The notes below the pieces were generated by a model. The model made no database searches and had not been told where the DNA came from. It saw only the letters and a program-made list of their open reading frames with translations. From a bacterium (GTDB lineage Bacteria; SM23-31), in the NCBI GenBank assembly GCA_965249485.1, contig OZ252239.1:2400001-2464000 (forward strand): a stretch of DNA of 64,000 nt. The letters run 5' to 3'. Position 1 is the stretch's first letter. Every line of letters starts with the position of its first letter. This document shows positions 20,883-31,807 of the stretch, in pieces. A program made the translations under genes and the position numbers.

Positions 20883-22412
20883 ATGCAATCGATTATTATC
20901 GTTGGTTCTGGTGTAGCCGGTGCGTTATTAGCGAGGCAACTCCTCAAAAAAAACGATTATCACATTACTATCTTTGAAGCTGGTCCTGATTTTAAAACAG
21001 GCAACTATCGAACATGGCTTGATCATTTGATGGCGAATTATCGCCCTTATAGAGAATTCTGGGATGATCCGCGAACAGAAAATGAATACTTCGGACTTCG
21101 CGGCTCAAGGCTTCTTGTAAAAGGCGGCACTACCAATCATTGGGGTGGGTGGAGTCTGCGCTTTAAACCGGAAGATTTTGAATTGAAATCCCGTACAGGA
21201 CTCGGTGCTGACTGGCCTATTACGTATAAAGAATTATCCTCATACTATACGAAAGCAGAATTTCTGCTGGGGATTGAAGGGGATTCCTACAAAGATGACC
21301 CACCACGGTATGGTGAGAAATTTCCTTTTGAAGCAGCGCCGTATACTTTAAATGATATACCTATAATTAATGCGTTCAAAAAACTGGGTATGGCATACTC
21401 ACATATGCCGATGGCGAGAAATGGAGATAAATGTGTTACGACAGGAACATGTGGGTACTGTCCTGTCAATGCACGATATACTGCTGCTTACGATATAGCT
21501 GAGCTGCAAAAAGAATACGAAAGTAAATTGGATATACGGACGGATTCACCGGTAGTAAAAATAGAAATGGATGGGAAAAAACAAGCCAGAGGGGTGAGTT
21601 TTTTAAATAAGCAAACCGGCATCACTGAATCGATGGAAGGCGACAGCGTCGTTGTGTGCAGTGGTACGGTTGAGTCCGCAAAACTTCTGTTACTCTCAAC
21701 CAATTCTGACTGGAAGGATGGGATTGGTAATGATTCCGGGCATGTTGGCAGACATCTGATAGGGCATCCTCTTGTCGAGGCTCAAGGAATTCGACCGGGC
21801 AATCCGGATAAAATTGAGCAGGAACTTGGATTTATAACCTTGGCAAGTCGACATTTCGATACACCGGAGTACCAAAGAGAAGGTAAAATGCTTCTTGCCA
21901 GAACAGCAGGTAGCCATACGTCACTGGAAAGAGAGATTCTGGCGAATTCCTCACGGGCAGGGATCAATACCAAAATGGAATCAAACATGAAGTTCAGTTT
22001 TTATTCCTCTTTTGAACAGTTTGAGAGCCCTGAGAACAGAATTAGTCTTGGTGACAATACGGACAATTGGGGACTGCGTACTACAAAAATAGAGTTCGGG
22101 GTTAATGAACTTACTATAAAGGCTAACCAAACACATGAACAAAACCTGATTAATATCTTAAAAGCGGCGGATTGTCCGGAAGATAAAATTAGAACTAGTT
22201 TTATTAAGCCGGATGGTGCGCATGCGACATCGACCTGCAGAATGAGCAGCTCAGATACGGATGGTGTGGTCGATAAAAATTTGCGGGTTCATGGCACGGA
22301 TAATCTCTATGTATGCTCCAATGCGGTTTATCCTAATGTCACGGCAACCAACCCGACATTAACTCTGGGAGCACTCTCGGTTCGATTGGCGGATCATATT
22401 GCTTCTGCATAA
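20883..22412 (+). CDS. GMC-family flavin oxidoreductase (sugar dehydrogenase catalytic subunit-like)
   Basis: IIVGSGVAG FAD motif, GGTTNHWGG, CxxxGxCxxCP Cys cluster, HATSTCRM, NPTLT. Confidence 0.9.
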   Translation: MQSIIIVGSGVAGALLARQLLKKNDYHITIFEAGPDFKTGNYRTWLDHLMANYRPYREFWDDPRTENEYFGLRGSRLLVKGGTTNHWGGWSLRFKPEDFELKSRTGLGADWPITYKELSSYYTKAEFLLGIEGDSYKDDPPRYGEKFPFEAAPYTLNDIPIINAFKKLGMAYSHMPMARNGDKCVTTGTCGYCPVNARYTAAYDIAELQKEYESKLDIRTDSPVVKIEMDGKKQARGVSFLNKQTGITESMEGDSVVVCSGTVESAKLLLLSTNSDWKDGIGNDSGHVGRHLIGHPLVEAQGIRPGNPDKIEQELGFITLASRHFDTPEYQREGKMLLARTAGSHTSLEREILANSSRAGINTKMESNMKFSFYSSFEQFESPENRISLGDNTDNWGLRTTKIEFGVNELTIKANQTHEQNLINILKAADCPEDKIRTSFIKPDGAHATSTCRMSSSDTDGVVDKNLRVHGTDNLYVCSNAVYPNVTATNPTLTLGALSVRLADHIASA

Positions 22413-22572
22413 ATAGCTGTTTGTAATTTCTGATTTATTAACAAAATGCCATTTTCATGATACAAGTTGATATCAATCCATGCACTACAATTTGCAGCAA
22501 GGCTGGCATTGAACTGATGTGGATTCCACTTGTCTGAGATATTACAACAAATATGACCTACGGTGACAAGCA

Positions 22573-25362
22573 TCAAAACCGGTGTGTGTAGTTAATTTTT
22601 GATGTTGCTCCGCGGGAGAGTAATTGTGTATCGAAATCCCAGACACTTTCACCTAAATTTTTCCAGTTCTGAGTATACACCAGAAAAAAATCGTTTCCCG
22701 GATTGACAGTCCACCTGAATTTTGCAAACAATCCGATCACTTCACTTACATCATCATATTGCAAACTGCTGATGAACGATGACCACGGCGTCAAGTGTAA
22801 TCCTCCTTCAATCTGATAGAGTTTTGTTTTGAAATCTCCTTGAGGAAGGGTAACATCATTGAACTGATATGTCGAAGCGAAATTTATACCCGGAGTCGGT
22901 TTGATATTGATGCTGAAGCTGTAATGTTTCCGCTTGCCAGACCAGAAATCTCCCCACCTTATGATATATTGCCCTGATACTGGTCTTTGTCCTGCAGCCC
23001 AACCTGAGATTTCCCACTCATCAAAGTCATATTTTCCTACAGGTAATGCAATTCCGTCGTGTATCTCAAATTCTTCATCGAGCAGTTCAAAATTTCGGTT
23101 TAATGATAGTTCAAGATTGTCTCCGTCTGCAAAAATAAGCTCAAAAAATGCTAATTTGATATTTTTCGTAACAAGCCTGTTTGACATATCCCAGAGATAT
23201 CTCCATTGTCCCCAAATCTTAATTTGCCGTATTGCGGGAATAAATTCCGGTCGGGGACTAACATTTAATCTCGATTCCGCACGGCGAAAACCGTTCCGCG
23301 TTACAAATCCAACTGCAGGATCGTATTCTTGTCCCAATTCTCTATATGATATATTTCCTGCAAAGAAATCGTTCGGGTAATTAATTCTGAGACCGCGGGC
23401 ACTGAGATCATTAAATGTTGCTGATCCGCCACGCTCAGGATCATTGCGCCAGACTAAAAAACCGTCAAATTCGAGGTTCTTATTTCCAAGAAAATTTGAG
23501 GTGACAAGATTAATATCAGTACCGACAGTGTGTCGGTCTTTTAGTGCAGGTTCGCCATTAATAGCATCACTTGCACGTCGAGTATAGATCAGTCCTACTG
23601 ACGACTGTTGAAAGATAGAACGTTTAATCCGGGCAATAGAAAAATCTTCGACAGGAGAATCGGCACTCAGTTTTTCATCAGTCCTCACTTGAATATAACC
23701 AATCTCATTGCGTCCTATTGTCCCTCCAAGGCGTGCACCGAATATTATAGGAATTTGTCCCCCTTCCGAAAGGCCTATCTTTCGGCTGAAATACGGTGTA
23801 ACACCATTCCTGGCCGAGAAACTGAATGTACTTGATCCTTCGAGAAAAAAATCCCGTTTTTCCTGAAAGAATAAAGGAAACCGGGTCAGATTGACCCTTC
23901 TTTGATCAACTTCCACTTCAGCAAAATCGGTGTTAATGGATACTGCACCGCGAAGACTTGGAGTAATATTATATGAGATATCAAGACCGAGGTCAGATGG
24001 TGTTACCGTTTGGTCTTCGGGATTGGATAAAAAAGCTCCATCTTCAATTATGTTTGGAACGTTTTGCCTTCCGAGTGCGGCATAGGGTTTGATTTCAAGG
24101 CCGATACCCTGAGAAATTTCTTCTAAACTGTTCAGTCTTCCTGCATGAACAGGACTGGTAAGCCGCTGATTTCGTTTATGACCGCTCCACCTTAATTCTT
24201 CATTTTTTCGCCGGATCGTTCTCTGAAAATTAATACCCCAGACATCATTTGCCGGATCAAAATTCAAGGTCTGAAACGGTATGCGGACTTCAGCTGTCCA
24301 TCCTTTATCGTGTATTGAAGTTTCAACGGTCCAAACTCCATCCCATGATTTATTGACACCGCCTCTGCCGCTACTGCCACCACCGCCATCGGTGCCGAAA
24401 AAGATTCCTACTCCTCCACCACCCGCACGGTTTAAAGACCCAATCAATCCGTCACCTAATAATCCGGCAGGATTTGTCTCAAAATAGTATCCTGTTCGTC
24501 CATCCAGAAATGTATCTATGATCCACATAAAGCGGTCGTCAGACGATAGGCTTTCGTCACGCTTTTTCTGATATCCAAGCACACCATCAGGATTTGAATC
24601 GAATAGATTTGCACCTATATAGAGATTGTTTTCGTCATAGAGCACATGGACTTCGGTAATTTCAGTTGCAGTAGAACCTTCTATCGGTTCTGATTGCAAA
24701 AATCCGTTAGCAGGTAATGCACGTTTCCACACATCCTCAGCCAGATTACCGTCAAGACGAATTTGATCTCCAGATATGTGGACTGCATTTATAGATTTTC
24801 CAGAGAAAACAGAAGGAGGTACAGATCTGCTGGGATTGTTGGAAGAAATATCGGTTACACCTGATGATTGATTAATTTTATTCTCATTAGCATGGTATTT
24901 TTCATTCAAATTCCAGACTGTACCATCAGAAAAATCGATTTTGTATGGCACAACCACACCATCAACTGGCACTTCGGAAGATTCGAGAAGTAGATCCCAA
25001 TAAAAAGTGTAAGAAGAGTTTGGAAATATGGAAGTTAAAAATGATTTTTTGAATAATATGGGATCTATTCGATTTTGATAGTAGACCATTAACCAAATGT
25101 GGAGTTCAGTTATTTCGGAATTGCCTGTATTTTCCAAATCAAAATAAGCCCTTAAGTCATCATCAAATGCAAGAAAATTGACGGGACCGTAAATAGAAAA
25201 TGGTGCATTCTCGTATTGAAAGGTCGTTAAAGGGATATAAGAAACAGATTTTGATGCACTATTTACGGTCTGAGCATGCAGGATGGGAGATCGAATAAAG
25301 AATTGAGCAATTACTATTATAAGAAAAAACAATATAGTCTGATTGTAAAAACGATGGTACAT
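22573..25362 (-). CDS. CBM9-like + DUF5916 protein with an extra N-terminal domain
   Basis: NTDFAEVEVD...LFFQEKRDFFLEG; ~150-aa extension absent from the 16074 paralog. Confidence 0.8.
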   Translation of the reverse strand: MYHRFYNQTILFFLIIVIAQFFIRSPILHAQTVNSASKSVSYIPLTTFQYENAPFSIYGPVNFLAFDDDLRAYFDLENTGNSEITELHIWLMVYYQNRIDPILFKKSFLTSIFPNSSYTFYWDLLLESSEVPVDGVVVPYKIDFSDGTVWNLNEKYHANENKINQSSGVTDISSNNPSRSVPPSVFSGKSINAVHISGDQIRLDGNLAEDVWKRALPANGFLQSEPIEGSTATEITEVHVLYDENNLYIGANLFDSNPDGVLGYQKKRDESLSSDDRFMWIIDTFLDGRTGYYFETNPAGLLGDGLIGSLNRAGGGGVGIFFGTDGGGGSSGRGGVNKSWDGVWTVETSIHDKGWTAEVRIPFQTLNFDPANDVWGINFQRTIRRKNEELRWSGHKRNQRLTSPVHAGRLNSLEEISQGIGLEIKPYAALGRQNVPNIIEDGAFLSNPEDQTVTPSDLGLDISYNITPSLRGAVSINTDFAEVEVDQRRVNLTRFPLFFQEKRDFFLEGSSTFSFSARNGVTPYFSRKIGLSEGGQIPIIFGARLGGTIGRNEIGYIQVRTDEKLSADSPVEDFSIARIKRSIFQQSSVGLIYTRRASDAINGEPALKDRHTVGTDINLVTSNFLGNKNLEFDGFLVWRNDPERGGSATFNDLSARGLRINYPNDFFAGNISYRELGQEYDPAVGFVTRNGFRRAESRLNVSPRPEFIPAIRQIKIWGQWRYLWDMSNRLVTKNIKLAFFELIFADGDNLELSLNRNFELLDEEFEIHDGIALPVGKYDFDEWEISGWAAGQRPVSGQYIIRWGDFWSGKRKHYSFSINIKPTPGINFASTYQFNDVTLPQGDFKTKLYQIEGGLHLTPWSSFISSLQYDDVSEVIGLFAKFRWTVNPGNDFFLVYTQNWKNLGESVWDFDTQLLSRGATSKINYTHRF

Positions 25363-25749
25363 GAAGCAATATCCTTAATTGAGATATTTTGAGTAGTAAT
25401 GTACTTATAAATCATAAATTCATTATTATAATACAAATCGTGTATAATAATCTTCATAGTAATTTCACATTAACGCTTTTTACTCCTTATTTCCAATCGT
25501 AATCATCAATCTCACTAAAGAATTTCTCAAATATCCACTTTCTCGTATTATTCATGCTCGCATTATATAATATTATCGGACTTTATTGAAGATGAGAATA
25601 CATATTAAGAACAATCTACTAACATCTATTTTGATAATTCATATTGTTGTAAACAAATACTAAAAACTTAATTATTAATATAAATTAATTATTTTTACGA
25701 GTTCAGAATGATTATATTTTATTCATCTAGTTTATAATTTGGATCCAAT

Positions 25750-26433
25750 ATGAAGATTCTTATAATTGAAGACGAAAAACAGGTCGCTGACTATATCGCG
25801 AAGGGATTGAAGGAAAATCAATATACGGTTGATGTCGTATATAATGGAAAAGAAGGATTGCATTTGGCTCTTTCCCAATCGTATGATCTTATTGTTCTTG
25901 ATTTGATGCTTGTTGAAATTGATGGTTTTGAAATTCTCAGCACGATTCGTAAAGAGTTGATTGAAATACCAATCCTGATATTAACAGCCAAAAGCGATAT
26001 TTCAGACCGCGTTAAAGGATTGAATTTGGGAGCGGATGATTATCTTACAAAACCATTTTCGTTTGAAGAATTAACCGCAAGAATTAATGCTCTTCTTAGA
26101 AGAAATAAAAAGAGTTTTGATCCTCTATTAAAAGTTGCTGATCTTTCCATGAATATTTTGACTCACTCTATTAGACGTGGAGAAACTGAAATCGAGCTCA
26201 CAAGTAGAGAGTACTCACTGTTGGAATTTTTTATGTATAATAAAAATAGAATATTAACGAGGGCAACTATATCCGAGCATGTTTGGGATTATCAATTTGA
26301 CATGGGAACAAATATTATTGAAGTGTATGTAAATCATTTGCGCAATAAAATAGATTCAGATTTCTCAATTAAACTACTTCATACTGTTAGAGGATTCGGG
26401 TACGTCTTGAAAGAATCAAAAAATGAAGAATAA
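25750..26433 (+). CDS. OmpR/PhoB-family response regulator
   Basis: IIEDE, LDLML, GADDYLTKPF, HTVRGFGY. Confidence 0.95.
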   Translation: MKILIIEDEKQVADYIAKGLKENQYTVDVVYNGKEGLHLALSQSYDLIVLDLMLVEIDGFEILSTIRKELIEIPILILTAKSDISDRVKGLNLGADDYLTKPFSFEELTARINALLRRNKKSFDPLLKVADLSMNILTHSIRRGETEIELTSREYSLLEFFMYNKNRILTRATISEHVWDYQFDMGTNIIEVYVNHLRNKIDSDFSIKLLHTVRGFGYVLKESKNEE

Positions 26434-27823
26434 ATCGATAGTGTTTGTTCTAACCTCATGGTATACCATTGCATTTTTGAGCTCGTTATTAGTTTTTGGA
26501 TTCCTAACATATATTATTGTTACCAATAGATTACTCGCAAATGTGAACGAAACTCTTGAAAGAAATGCATTATGGATAAATCAATTATACGAGGAAGAAA
26601 AATCGGATTTGGAGGAAGAAGATGAAAGTAATGAATATTTTGAATCATTGCTTTCTGAAGAATTGATAGAAAATCTTGAAGAAGGCTTGATCGGATTAGA
26701 AGTCGATTATTTAATATTCATCAATGATTCTAACGAAATTTTATATACATATTCAACCGACACATCTTCATTTGATATCCTCTCATTGATGCCTATTCCA
26801 ACAAATGATATAATTTCGCATAAGCCAACTAATACTCAATTAATAATAATTCCACTAGACGAAAAATATGTTATCATAGCTAAATCGCTTAAGGACTTGA
26901 ATGATTCGACTGCTGTACTATTACGATCGTTTTTGATGGTTTTACCATTTGTATTAATAGTAACAATTGTTGGAGGCTATTTTCTCACAAAAAGAACATT
27001 AAGACCAATTAATAAAATAACAAGTACTGTAAGTACAATTACCAGTGAAAACTTATCTAAAAGAGTTCCGGAAAGAAGTGTAGATGATGAATTAGGACAA
27101 TTAATCAAAACATTTAACTCGATGTTGGAATCACTTGAGAACTCTTTTCACAGATTGTGGCAGTTTTCATCAGATGCATCACATGAGTTGCGGACTCCAT
27201 TAACAATTATTCGTAACACAATTAATAATCTTATCAGAGAAAATTTATCTCATGATGAGCAGAATGAATTGCTACTTAAATTGGAAAATGAGGTAATAAG
27301 AACATCCGAGATTGTTGACAATCTTTTATTGTTGAATAAAATTGAACAAAAAAAAGAAGAATTGCAGTTAACAGAATATGATATGCATGTTTTATTCAAT
27401 GAAATCGCTGAAGATACAGAGATTTTAGCTATGGGGAAAAATATTTCCGTAAAAATAATTCACGTTGAAGATGTGAAAATTAAAGCAGACATTTCTTTAA
27501 TTCGGAGAATGTTACTGAACTTAGTAGACAATGCCGTTAAGTTTACTCCGGCTGGAGGAAAGATACTGCTGAGTTTAAAAAAAGAAGGAGGATCTGTGGT
27601 ATGCTCTCTTTCAGACACTGGAATTGGTATTCCTCAAGACCAGATAGATAAAATTTTCGATCGTTTTTATCGTGTTGATCAATCCAGAAACAGATTATCA
27701 GGTGGTGCCGGATTGGGTTTATCTATTTGCAAATGGATCGTCGATGCTCATCAAGGTACTATTAAAGTATCGTCTACGTTAGTAAAAGGCACTGCAATCG
27801 AAATTCATCTTCCTTTAGAATAG
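26423..27823 (+). CDS. sensor histidine kinase (HAMP, HisKA, HATPase)
   Basis: Two TM helices, SHELRTPL, NLVDNAVKF, DTGIG, GAGLGL; overlaps the regulator. Confidence 0.95.
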   Translation: MKNKSIVFVLTSWYTIAFLSSLLVFGFLTYIIVTNRLLANVNETLERNALWINQLYEEEKSDLEEEDESNEYFESLLSEELIENLEEGLIGLEVDYLIFINDSNEILYTYSTDTSSFDILSLMPIPTNDIISHKPTNTQLIIIPLDEKYVIIAKSLKDLNDSTAVLLRSFLMVLPFVLIVTIVGGYFLTKRTLRPINKITSTVSTITSENLSKRVPERSVDDELGQLIKTFNSMLESLENSFHRLWQFSSDASHELRTPLTIIRNTINNLIRENLSHDEQNELLLKLENEVIRTSEIVDNLLLLNKIEQKKEELQLTEYDMHVLFNEIAEDTEILAMGKNISVKIIHVEDVKIKADISLIRRMLLNLVDNAVKFTPAGGKILLSLKKEGGSVVCSLSDTGIGIPQDQIDKIFDRFYRVDQSRNRLSGGAGLGLSICKWIVDAHQGTIKVSSTLVKGTAIEIHLPLE

Positions 27824-28370
27824 TTCTATTACTACATATCCATCCTCAAACATTAATAAATTTTAATGTTTTATTAATCTCCAGCTAATAATCCTCAATT
27901 ATATTTCAGACAATAGGGTAAATTGCAAATGTGAATGTATCATCACCTCTGTTGGTTACATTTGATCAGCAGATCCTTAGATGAAACAAAACAAACGGAA
28001 AATTGAGTGAAAAATATCAGGCAATTATAATCTTAAAACTCATACGGCTTTTTATACATAATTTCCTGTATCCATAAATATATATGATGAATTATAAAAC
28101 ATTAGATTCGATATTATGCCGATAACAAAAAATGTATACTGAGAGGATTTCAAATATCCCCAATGATGTTGTTATGGATATCGTGCTCCTGCTAAGCGGC
28201 AAAATTACTTTGACATTTCAGATTTAAAATCGTACGCTTATGTATACTAAAAGTCATTTTTCACAGAAAGTTTGCCTATACTCGTTCGCTAAAGGTTTCT
28301 ACAGGATTTCGTACGTTATCATAATAATTTCCTGTCGAAGTATACCTTTACGGACGATTTTTTATATTTT

Positions 28371-28403
28371 GGGCGTCAAAGGTCTGCTTTGACACCCTTT
28401 TTT
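28371..28403 (+). terminator. intrinsic-terminator-like hairpin just upstream of the PAP2 operon
   Basis: GGGCGTCAAAG-gtctg-CTTTGACACCC followed by T6. Confidence 0.6.
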
Positions 28404-28441
28404 CGTTTATAAACAAATTACTGAAATAGTTTTGAAAACAC

Positions 28442-29368
28442 ATGAGTTGGTTGAATCGAACATTCCTGAACATTTTTTTTTGCTGCAGTGTGCATCGCCA
28501 TAAGCAGTTTGTTTGTTGTGCTGGTATATGCGCATTAGATTACAATGAAAAATTTTACAGGATTATAACTCTGACATTCCGAATATTATTTCCAATGTGT
28601 CTATTATTTATTAGCACAGATGGATTAGGACAAGAAAAGGAAATATCTTACAAACACGACAATGTGCCAATTAGATTTTTCACTATGCTCAGAAATGATT
28701 ACAGCACAATAGCATCATATAATCCAAGCATGAATAGTTTTAATTGGAGAAAAACTGTGTTAGTAGGTAGTACTGTTATTGCTGCTGCGATGATGGAGGA
28801 AAACTTTGCCAGACAGTTTTCCGATGGACAAAACGGGGGTTTTAAAAAGTTTTTTAACAACTTTGAGCCATTCGGAAATGCCAAAAGATTACATTTAGTT
28901 GGAGGTGTAACACTTATTGGCAGTACTATCTTTCAAAAAGAAAAGTTAGCTGATGCGACTTTTACGATGCTTAAAGGACTGCTTCTCACGGAAGTTACTG
29001 TTGTATCGCTAAAATATTTAGTAGGAAGAGCCAGACCAGTTGATTCAAATAGGAATACGATATTCAGACCTGCTAAAGGTAAATACAGCGCTCTACCTTC
29101 GGGACATACAACTAATGCATTCACTGCCGCTTCAATTTTGTCAGAATATTATCCAAGATTACACAACTACTTTTATTCAGCAGCTTTTGCTGTCGGAGCC
29201 CAGAGAATCGTCTCCAATGCACACTGGTTATCTGATGTAATATTAGGAGGAATATTGGGTCATTATTCAGGAAAACTCTTAGCCAATTCACATTTAAAAT
29301 TATTTCCAATTGTTAGTCAAAATGGTGCAGTTAGAGTATCTCTTTCGATACCATTAAATGGAAACTAA
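28442..29368 (+). CDS. PAP2-family phosphatase
   Basis: KYLVGRARP, PSGH, QRIVSNAHWLSD; true start may be downstream. Confidence 0.88.
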   Translation: MSWLNRTFLNIFFCCSVHRHKQFVCCAGICALDYNEKFYRIITLTFRILFPMCLLFISTDGLGQEKEISYKHDNVPIRFFTMLRNDYSTIASYNPSMNSFNWRKTVLVGSTVIAAAMMEENFARQFSDGQNGGFKKFFNNFEPFGNAKRLHLVGGVTLIGSTIFQKEKLADATFTMLKGLLLTEVTVVSLKYLVGRARPVDSNRNTIFRPAKGKYSALPSGHTTNAFTAASILSEYYPRLHNYFYSAAFAVGAQRIVSNAHWLSDVILGGILGHYSGKLLANSHLKLFPIVSQNGAVRVSLSIPLNGN

Positions 29369-29388
29369 ACTAATTCTATAATTAGAGT

Positions 29389-30396
29389 ATGAATAGTATA
29401 TCAATGCTAATAGTCCAAATAATAGTAGTATCATTATTGCCCGGAACTGTTATGTTACAAGATAAAGGCAATAATTCCATAATCAATGATACTCAAACAT
29501 TCCAGATTAATGCAGGTACAAAATATTTATACCAGAAACCAAAACCATTTGAATTTATAAAAAATGGTCTGATGAATATTGGAACACTGAGTACAATGGC
29601 AGTTCAAAAAGAAAATATGGGTAATCTTGGAATGGTAGCTGCATCAACACTTCTTATGATTTCGCTTGATCAGCAAATTGTTGATGAGGCCAAAAATGCG
29701 GGAAGAAAACTAAATATATCAGGCGATAATTATCTGAAGACATATGTAGCTGTCAATGACTTCCCCATTTTTCAAGGCCCGACAAATTTAGGATCGAGTT
29801 TATATTTTTTGGGTGACGGCTGGACCCACAGCGCCATAGCATTTTCGTTTTTAGGTTTTGGTTTATTTAAGAACGATTACCGCGCATTGCAGACCTTTAA
29901 TCAAATTGCTGAAGGAATGATAGCTACAGGTTCTACAACGCAATTTTTAAAGCATATTACCGGTAGAGAAAGCCCGTTTGTTGCAACAGCTCCGGGAGGA
30001 AAATGGGATTTTTTTCCGGACCAAGTCGAGTATCATAAACATGTTCCCCAATATGATGCCTATCCGTCCGGTCATCTCGCAACAGCAATGATGACATATA
30101 CCGTAATTAAGGAAAACTATCCGGAGAAAAGATATGTACGCCCTATCGGATTAACACTTTTAACTCTATTAAGTTTTCAAATGTTAAATAATGAAGTCCA
30201 CTGGATAAGTGATTATCCATTAGCTCTCATTATGGGATATGCCAGTGCTAAAACAGCAGTAAATAGAGGAAGAAAAGTTGTTACAAACGAAGATAATTCA
30301 AATGATATGGTGAAAAATAATCGAAATAGTCTACATATTCAGCCTCTCTATCATTACGAAAGAGGTTTTGGATTGGCATTACGTTATCAATTCTGA
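29389..30396 (+). CDS. PAP2-family phosphatase with variant motifs
   Basis: KHITGRESP, PSGH, QMLNNEVHWISD. Confidence 0.8.
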   Translation: MNSISMLIVQIIVVSLLPGTVMLQDKGNNSIINDTQTFQINAGTKYLYQKPKPFEFIKNGLMNIGTLSTMAVQKENMGNLGMVAASTLLMISLDQQIVDEAKNAGRKLNISGDNYLKTYVAVNDFPIFQGPTNLGSSLYFLGDGWTHSAIAFSFLGFGLFKNDYRALQTFNQIAEGMIATGSTTQFLKHITGRESPFVATAPGGKWDFFPDQVEYHKHVPQYDAYPSGHLATAMMTYTVIKENYPEKRYVRPIGLTLLTLLSFQMLNNEVHWISDYPLALIMGYASAKTAVNRGRKVVTNEDNSNDMVKNNRNSLHIQPLYHYERGFGLALRYQF

Positions 30397-30470
30397 ATTT
30401 AAGTGACCGATATTTCAGATTTATGACTAATGTTATTCAATACTATTTACTAATATAAGAGAAAACAATC

Positions 30471-31763
30471 ATGCGATACTCAAAATTATTAGCCAAATCA
30501 TTCATGATCTTGGTAATCTTACTAAATATATTACTCACCAAAATACCTCTCGTTAGTGGACAAGTCTCGGCAGAAAAAACCGGGGATATTGTTCAATTGG
30601 TAATTCCTGGTGTTATTTATAGTATGACATTTTTTAAAGGTAATTCTGATACAAGAAATGCATTTTACAAATCATTTTTTTCAACAGTATTACTTACACA
30701 TATTACTAAACATTCTATTCTGAGGAAAAGACCCGATAGTAGTGATCAGCATTCGTATATGTCGGGGCATTCAGCGGTTGCATTTTCCGGAGCGGCATTC
30801 ATACAAAAACAATATGGATGGAAATGGGGATTACCAGCCTATTTAGCAGCATCATTCGTTGGATGGAGTCGAATCAAAGCAAAAAGACACTATCCGGATG
30901 ATGTGTTGCGAGGAGCCATTTTAGGGATATCATCGACAAATTTAAGTAATTTTATTCGTGTACAAGATGAGACCATGCTATCGCGCACTGCAAAACTTCC
31001 TTATTATTTGAGAGATCGGGGAGAAGGAATGTCTTCGTCTGTAGCTGGTGCATATATATCTAAAGGTCAATTTCTAGTTTCTTCAAATTTTGAATTAAAA
31101 TATGATAAGAACCTGGAATATAAACCTGCAGAATTGGGATATCAATTAGATCAAGATTTGAGAGGTGAAAGTCGTTCTACTAAAGGGATCATGTTTCTGG
31201 GATATGGACTAACAGACAGAATGGTGATTGAATTAAAAACTACAATTTCAAGAAGTAGTTTAAAAAAATCCGGAGATGATCATTCTGCGTTACCTCAAAG
31301 CCTCAAAAATTCAGGTATAGGTTATATTCATAGTCAATTGCGGTGGCGCTGGTCAAAAGAAACCGAAAAGAAACCCGAGTATTTTAATTATTTTGAAACA
31401 GTAATTCCCTCTAAAAATAGTAATAGGGCCGTTGGCATTCGAGAATGGGACATCAAATTTGGTGGAGGCGCAATAAAAGGTTTTAGAATTGGGACTTTTA
31501 CCATCAGAACAGCTGCGAATTATAGTAAATATGATGGTGATGTTGAATTTGGTGAATTTGCAGTTGAATATTTAAAGAAGATATCTCCTCATATTCGTTT
31601 ATTCTCCGCTGTAGGAGGCATACAGGATGAAATTGTGAATATTACAGAAGTGCAATGGCATACAAACAGAAATTTGTATTTTAAGTTCAATAATTCATTT
31701 GGCCTGACTTCAAAAGCAACGGACTTAGCACCTCAGTTTGGTTTGAACTATTTTTTTCGATAA
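30471..31763 (+). CDS. PAP2 phosphatase fused to a putative outer-membrane beta-barrel
   Basis: KHSILRKRP, MSGH, SRIKAKRHYPDD, then ~250 aa of amphipathic strands ending FGLNYFFR. Confidence 0.7.
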   Translation: MRYSKLLAKSFMILVILLNILLTKIPLVSGQVSAEKTGDIVQLVIPGVIYSMTFFKGNSDTRNAFYKSFFSTVLLTHITKHSILRKRPDSSDQHSYMSGHSAVAFSGAAFIQKQYGWKWGLPAYLAASFVGWSRIKAKRHYPDDVLRGAILGISSTNLSNFIRVQDETMLSRTAKLPYYLRDRGEGMSSSVAGAYISKGQFLVSSNFELKYDKNLEYKPAELGYQLDQDLRGESRSTKGIMFLGYGLTDRMVIELKTTISRSSLKKSGDDHSALPQSLKNSGIGYIHSQLRWRWSKETEKKPEYFNYFETVIPSKNSNRAVGIREWDIKFGGGAIKGFRIGTFTIRTAANYSKYDGDVEFGEFAVEYLKKISPHIRLFSAVGGIQDEIVNITEVQWHTNRNLYFKFNNSFGLTSKATDLAPQFGLNYFFR

Positions 31764-31774
31764 TGTCTATAATA

Positions 31775-31807
31775 ACAATATACAATATACAATATACAAT
31801 ATACAAT
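31775..31807. repeat. 7-bp tandem repeat (ACAATAT) x4.7
   Basis: Read directly from the sequence. Confidence 0.9.

Noticed and set aside
31775..31807. CRISPR-like array
   Set aside because: A simple 7-mer microsatellite with no spacers and no cas genes
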